In this document: piece by piece, positions 60,041 through 64,000 of the stretch | Layout of the letters: each line of letters begins with the position of its first letter | Position numbering within the stretch: the first letter of the stretch is position 1 | From: Hormiphora californensis | Taxonomy: Eukaryota; Animalia; Ctenophora | Length of the DNA stretch: 64,000 nt | Assembly (NCBI GenBank): GCA_020137815.1 | Contig: CM035356.1 | Span: 6,758,001-6,822,000, forward strand | Direction: 5' to 3' | The notes under the pieces: generated by a model | Databases searched by the model: none | Told to the model about the DNA's origin: nothing | Seen by the model: only the letters and a program-made list of their open reading frames with translations | Made by a program: the position numbers and the translations under genes

Positions 60041-61213
60041 GAGTCCTTTACTTTTATGATCTCTATCTAATCAATCATTCTGAATAGTGCCCCGTGTGGC
60101 CGTGTGCGAACTTTGGCAATAATATTTACTGTAAATAATTTACATGGAATCGCACTTATATAGTTAGTAGTTCCACTTTCACCAGGAATCGTAGTTCTCG
60201 CTTTACATTTTATCTATTTTTGCGAGGGTGGGGTTTATTGCTACACGTGCTGCTGCGACATATTGTGCGTTAGGTGTGAATGTGATGTTGGCCGGAAAGT
60301 TTAGTATGTAGCACAGCTCTTCAGTACTTCACACCTCAACTATACCGTATAGTGGAGGAAGAGTATACTCTACAAATAGTACGTTTTATTGGACATGGTT
60401 CTAGAAGTTCTGCATGGAAATAGACAAAAATGGAGTATAGAATTAGGCATTGTCTATACTCTGTTTCAGCTTGGCTTTTTCATTGTTATTTGTCCCTGTA
60501 TAGTTCTGTGATTCAGTGAATCCTAGTCTGAATTATTCAGAGTACTCAATGCTGCTGAGTGTGTCCTAGTGTGTCTACCAATGTCAATTGGCTCAACATG
60601 TGTTTTGTTTTTGTATATCCGGTGTTGTACTGTACCTTTGTTCTTCACATTAACTTAGTAACACACAATGAGATAGAACTAGAAGAACACACAAGTTATA
60701 GTAGTGAGCCTCTCTATTGGCGGCCGTCTCGCATGTAGAGGGAGCTAGATCTGAGTTGCAACTAGTTGGTCGTGTAATGTGTAGAGGGGCCAGGAGTTGA
60801 CGCCGTGTGATGTGTGGTTTTGCAACAAGTGTTCTGCTAAATTTGGCCTACTTACGAACAATTCTTTCTCTCTCCCTCGTCGTTTCCTTGCATCTTTGCA
60901 TTTTTAGAATACCGCGAACTGCAGCATTCTTTTCGCTAGTTTCTCCGAATGCCATGGCCATTTTATTTTGTGCAGTTTTCCTGATTTAGCTTGTGGGACT
61001 GAAGGAAGAGGGCGTATTTCGCTCAAAACGTTGGTTTATTTTTGAATTTGTTCTCAGACAAGCCCTAAGTTAAACTTCTGTTTACCTGATATATTCCAAA
61101 TTTTCCAGGGACGAAAACCTCAAGTTGCAATGTCATAAAACTTAATGATTTTGGCCAGTTAATCTTCAGAAATCAGTTCAACTACAGCTCTGTAAACACC
61201 GGGGATAAATATA

Positions 61214-61320
61214 CAGTGGTACCCCGATTGACCAGCCCCCGATTGACCGGCCCCCGATTTACCGGCCCCCGATTGACCGGACCCCGATTTACCGGCCCCC
61301 GATTGACCGGAACCCCGGAA
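61214..61320. mobile_element. One end of a MITE-like element with 15-bp tandem ccccgatt[g/t]accgg repeats
   Basis: TA|cagtggtaccccgattgacc... followed by ~6 repeats of the same core as the CAGTCGGACCCCGATTT family. No partner TIR found. Confidence 0.55.
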
Positions 61321-61333
61321 ACATATATCCCAT

Positions 61334-63739
61334 ATGCTGGCTATGATCACCAATGAAAACGATTCTGATTGTGTCACAGAATCCTCAGATGCACACATCT
61401 ATAACTCTGAACCTGCCTTGTCATCCGATCACTTGTTTACAGGGGTACCCTGGAGAAATCCAGGGACAACTCCACCACCACCTGCAGCGGTCGGGTCATA
61501 TTACCCCTCGTCACCAGACACCTCCTCGTCAACTAATGACAACCAATTAATGATGCCTGAACGACCCGTTAATCAGTTTAAAACACCACCAAGGAGTAGA
61601 CGGGACAAGAGCCTACAGCTTTCAGAGAGCATGCTGGTAAATGATGATCATGATGATCTGGGGTCAGATGTCAATACCAATAATAAGGAACCTGGCTCAC
61701 ATATCAACAATAACTGGGCAGAAATAGAGAGCACCCTGACTCGCGATCTCAGTGCTATTGTCCCCACTTTTGAGTTTAACGGAACCTGTTCTGGAATGTT
61801 TACCCATCGGAGATTCTACCACGACTCAACATCAGATGATACGAGCTCCTCCCATGCCCCGGATATCACTTCAACTATGAGCAATACTACAACGTCCAAT
61901 AACAACCATTGCAGTGTTACCATGGCAACCAATAACCCGCGGTATAGCTGGAGTGGAAACCTGGATATTATCAGTGACACGGAATCTCTGCAGTATCTCA
62001 GTTCGGCCGCTGTTGAAGGACGACAGAGGAGAGCAAAACGGAAGAAACGCGGGGAGGCAGCAGCATCGACAGGAGATCATGTGATAGGTGGAGGAGAGGA
62101 TGTGGTACGATTTGAAAGTCAGTGCAGGAGAGTGCCGAGGTTTTCTGGGATGGTGCTGGGGGTGAAATCAGAATCACTTTCGACAGAACTACTTCTCGAG
62201 TGAGTATTGGACACTGCACTTTGCTGTTTGCTTAGTATAGAGTATTTTGCATTGCATGTAGGAACCGGTGATACTTGGGACCGACCCGATCACCATCCTT
62301 TCCTGGCAGAGCATTGGCCTGACCCATTCTCGCGAGAACTGTGGTCAGAGCATTGGCCTGACAGATCCTTTCCCTGCTTTTTTGAATTGTAATTCCCACA
62401 ATCTGTATTAATTGTTAACTCTCTCTCTTCTACTTCCCAAGAAAGGAACGGTTACAAGTTCTGTTTATCGTGGAGAAGAGTTACCTTCTTTGCTCTAGTT
62501 CGACAGTGCGACGTCAGAAGAGGAAGGTGTCACTTCGTCTCCTGGATATTGTCAATGTTCTTGTTTTGTCTGGCACCAACACCCTCATTATACAGGTATA
62601 ACAGCTACCTATAACCTAACATCTAGCCTAATTATGTAATGGCACTTTTTGGTGCTACAATTTTCAATTTCATTATAGATATACTGGTAGTGCCACTACT
62701 AGTGGTACTCAATTCTTAATCTTATTAGTTTTATCATTGAACATGAAGCATCGTTTGAAGGATCCAAACGCAGCAGTATAGTGATGACATACTTCAATAC
62801 ATGAACCTATAATACAGCTATTGCGAGAGAGAGAAAGTCAGGATTGGGAGGGGTCGTGGTGACAGGTCGAATATAACATGGCTTCTTAATCCATTGAGAT
62901 TTGTCTACTTTGCATCAGACTATAATTGCTCTTTGAAAGACTCTTTCACAATGCTAACTGGGAAATTCATCAAGTTAATTTAACGTAGTAGACAATGTCT
63001 AGTTAGCACCAGAAATTTAACTGGTGCTTACTGGACAATGTCCAGTGGACATTGTCTACTAATTTGTCCAGATTGAGATGTATTCTAGACATTAGGACCT
63101 AAACTAATTAATTATTGAGAATAGAATCAGCTCCATTAGACTTAGCACATGACACACATCCCCCTTCAGTACCAGGACGTAAGGAGATCAGGACTACCTA
63201 ACTCTTCCTCCACCGGACTACTTAGCTCATCTAGGGACTCCACCCTGAAAAGTTCCTGCTCTACATCGCTCAATCTAAACACACTAGATCGACACGGTTA
63301 GTAGCTGGTCCGTAGTGAGTGGGAAGTGTGAAGTGTGAGTGGGAAGCTGGTCGGTAATGAGTGGGAAGTTGGTCGGTAGTGAGTAGGAAGCTGGGTTTAG
63401 AGTTTTAATTGTGACGTGTTGGTGTGTTCAATTGCTCATTACGGTAATTGAAGCTACTAGTTTTGATCCAAAAACTGAAAACTGTTCTCTATTTCAGATC
63501 ACGACCTGAATGAACTAGAAGTGGGCCGATTCAACAATTGTGAAACCGTTGCCATGGCAATACTTCGCCGCCGACAACACCTTCTACCCCGGAGCATCCT
63601 ACGAGGGAGCCTAAACCGGAGGGGTAGGATACAACCTGTTTTTGTCCATCCTGTCCAAATTGGGTTTGAGCTGGAGGAGGAGGAGGAGGAGGAGGACGAC
63701 GAGATGAGTTGTATTATGGAATGTGTAACTTATGTTTGA
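61334..63739 (+). CDS. Uncharacterised multi-exon protein (large Ser/Thr/Asn-rich exon, then probable further exons)
   Basis: 289-aa non-repetitive ORF ending at donor GA|gtgagt (~62199). A phase-compatible exon follows at 62441-62595 (EKERLQVLFIVEKSYLL...NTLIIQ). Candidate exons lie at ~63190-63296 and 63499-~63739. The full structure is not resolved. Confidence 0.5.
62986..63061. repeat. Small nested hairpin/MITE relic
   Basis: tagtagacaatgtc pairs with gacattgtctacta, enclosing agcaccag/ctggtgct. Confidence 0.6.
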
Positions 63740-64000
63740 GCATGTTTCAAGGACATCAGATATCTTTTGATTTTGAAATTAGCGGACATTGCAGAGAGAG
63801 CTTATGAACTATATGTGGCACCGATCCGATCCGAGAATCCTATCAGTATCAAAATGGGGTCAGCATTGCCAGACAGTATGTTATGATACACGGCTATAAA
63901 TTCAAGGAATTGGACAATGAAAATGTAGAAAATGAGAAGAAAACTATTCAGCTGTGTGAGCTGTTTTTTGCTATTTTTTCTGAGTGTGTAATTCATTTCA

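Overview
Intron-rich eukaryotic (animal) genomic DNA, most likely a ctenophore of the Pleurobrachia/Hormiphora type. That assignment is an inference from a spliced-leader-like motif recalled from memory, acceptor sites directly before start codons, and a nested intronic gene. Genes reconstructed by hand from GT/AG boundaries and frame: (1) 5' exons of a TRIP11/GMAP-210-like golgin (-); (2) an intronless BK-beta (KCNMB)/TipE-like two-TM protein (-); (3) a rhodopsin-class GPCR with two apparent frameshifts (+); (4) a ~21 kb Dachsous-like cadherin with only ~9 EC repeats (-); (5) an intronless 7TM gene nested antisense in that cadherin; (6) an OATP/SLCO transporter (+) with two alternative, duplicated C-terminal exon cassettes; (7) an uncharacterised gene at the right end. 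The most striking structure is a 12.3 kb OATP intron made of ~290 copies of a 32-bp unit. The unit is the intron's own 3' splice site plus the first 11 exon bases, so each decoy copy reads K-V-L-A-stop. Each copy also carries a TTAA, and three palindromic TTAA-specific MITEs have inserted there. Tandem duplication across splice acceptors or stop codons recurs at several other sites. Many MITEs, hairpins and microsatellites are present. Three homopolymer-inflated blocks (~2.9-4.1, 9.1-10.6, 17.4-18.6 kb) look like low-quality consensus, so frameshifts in this window may be errors.
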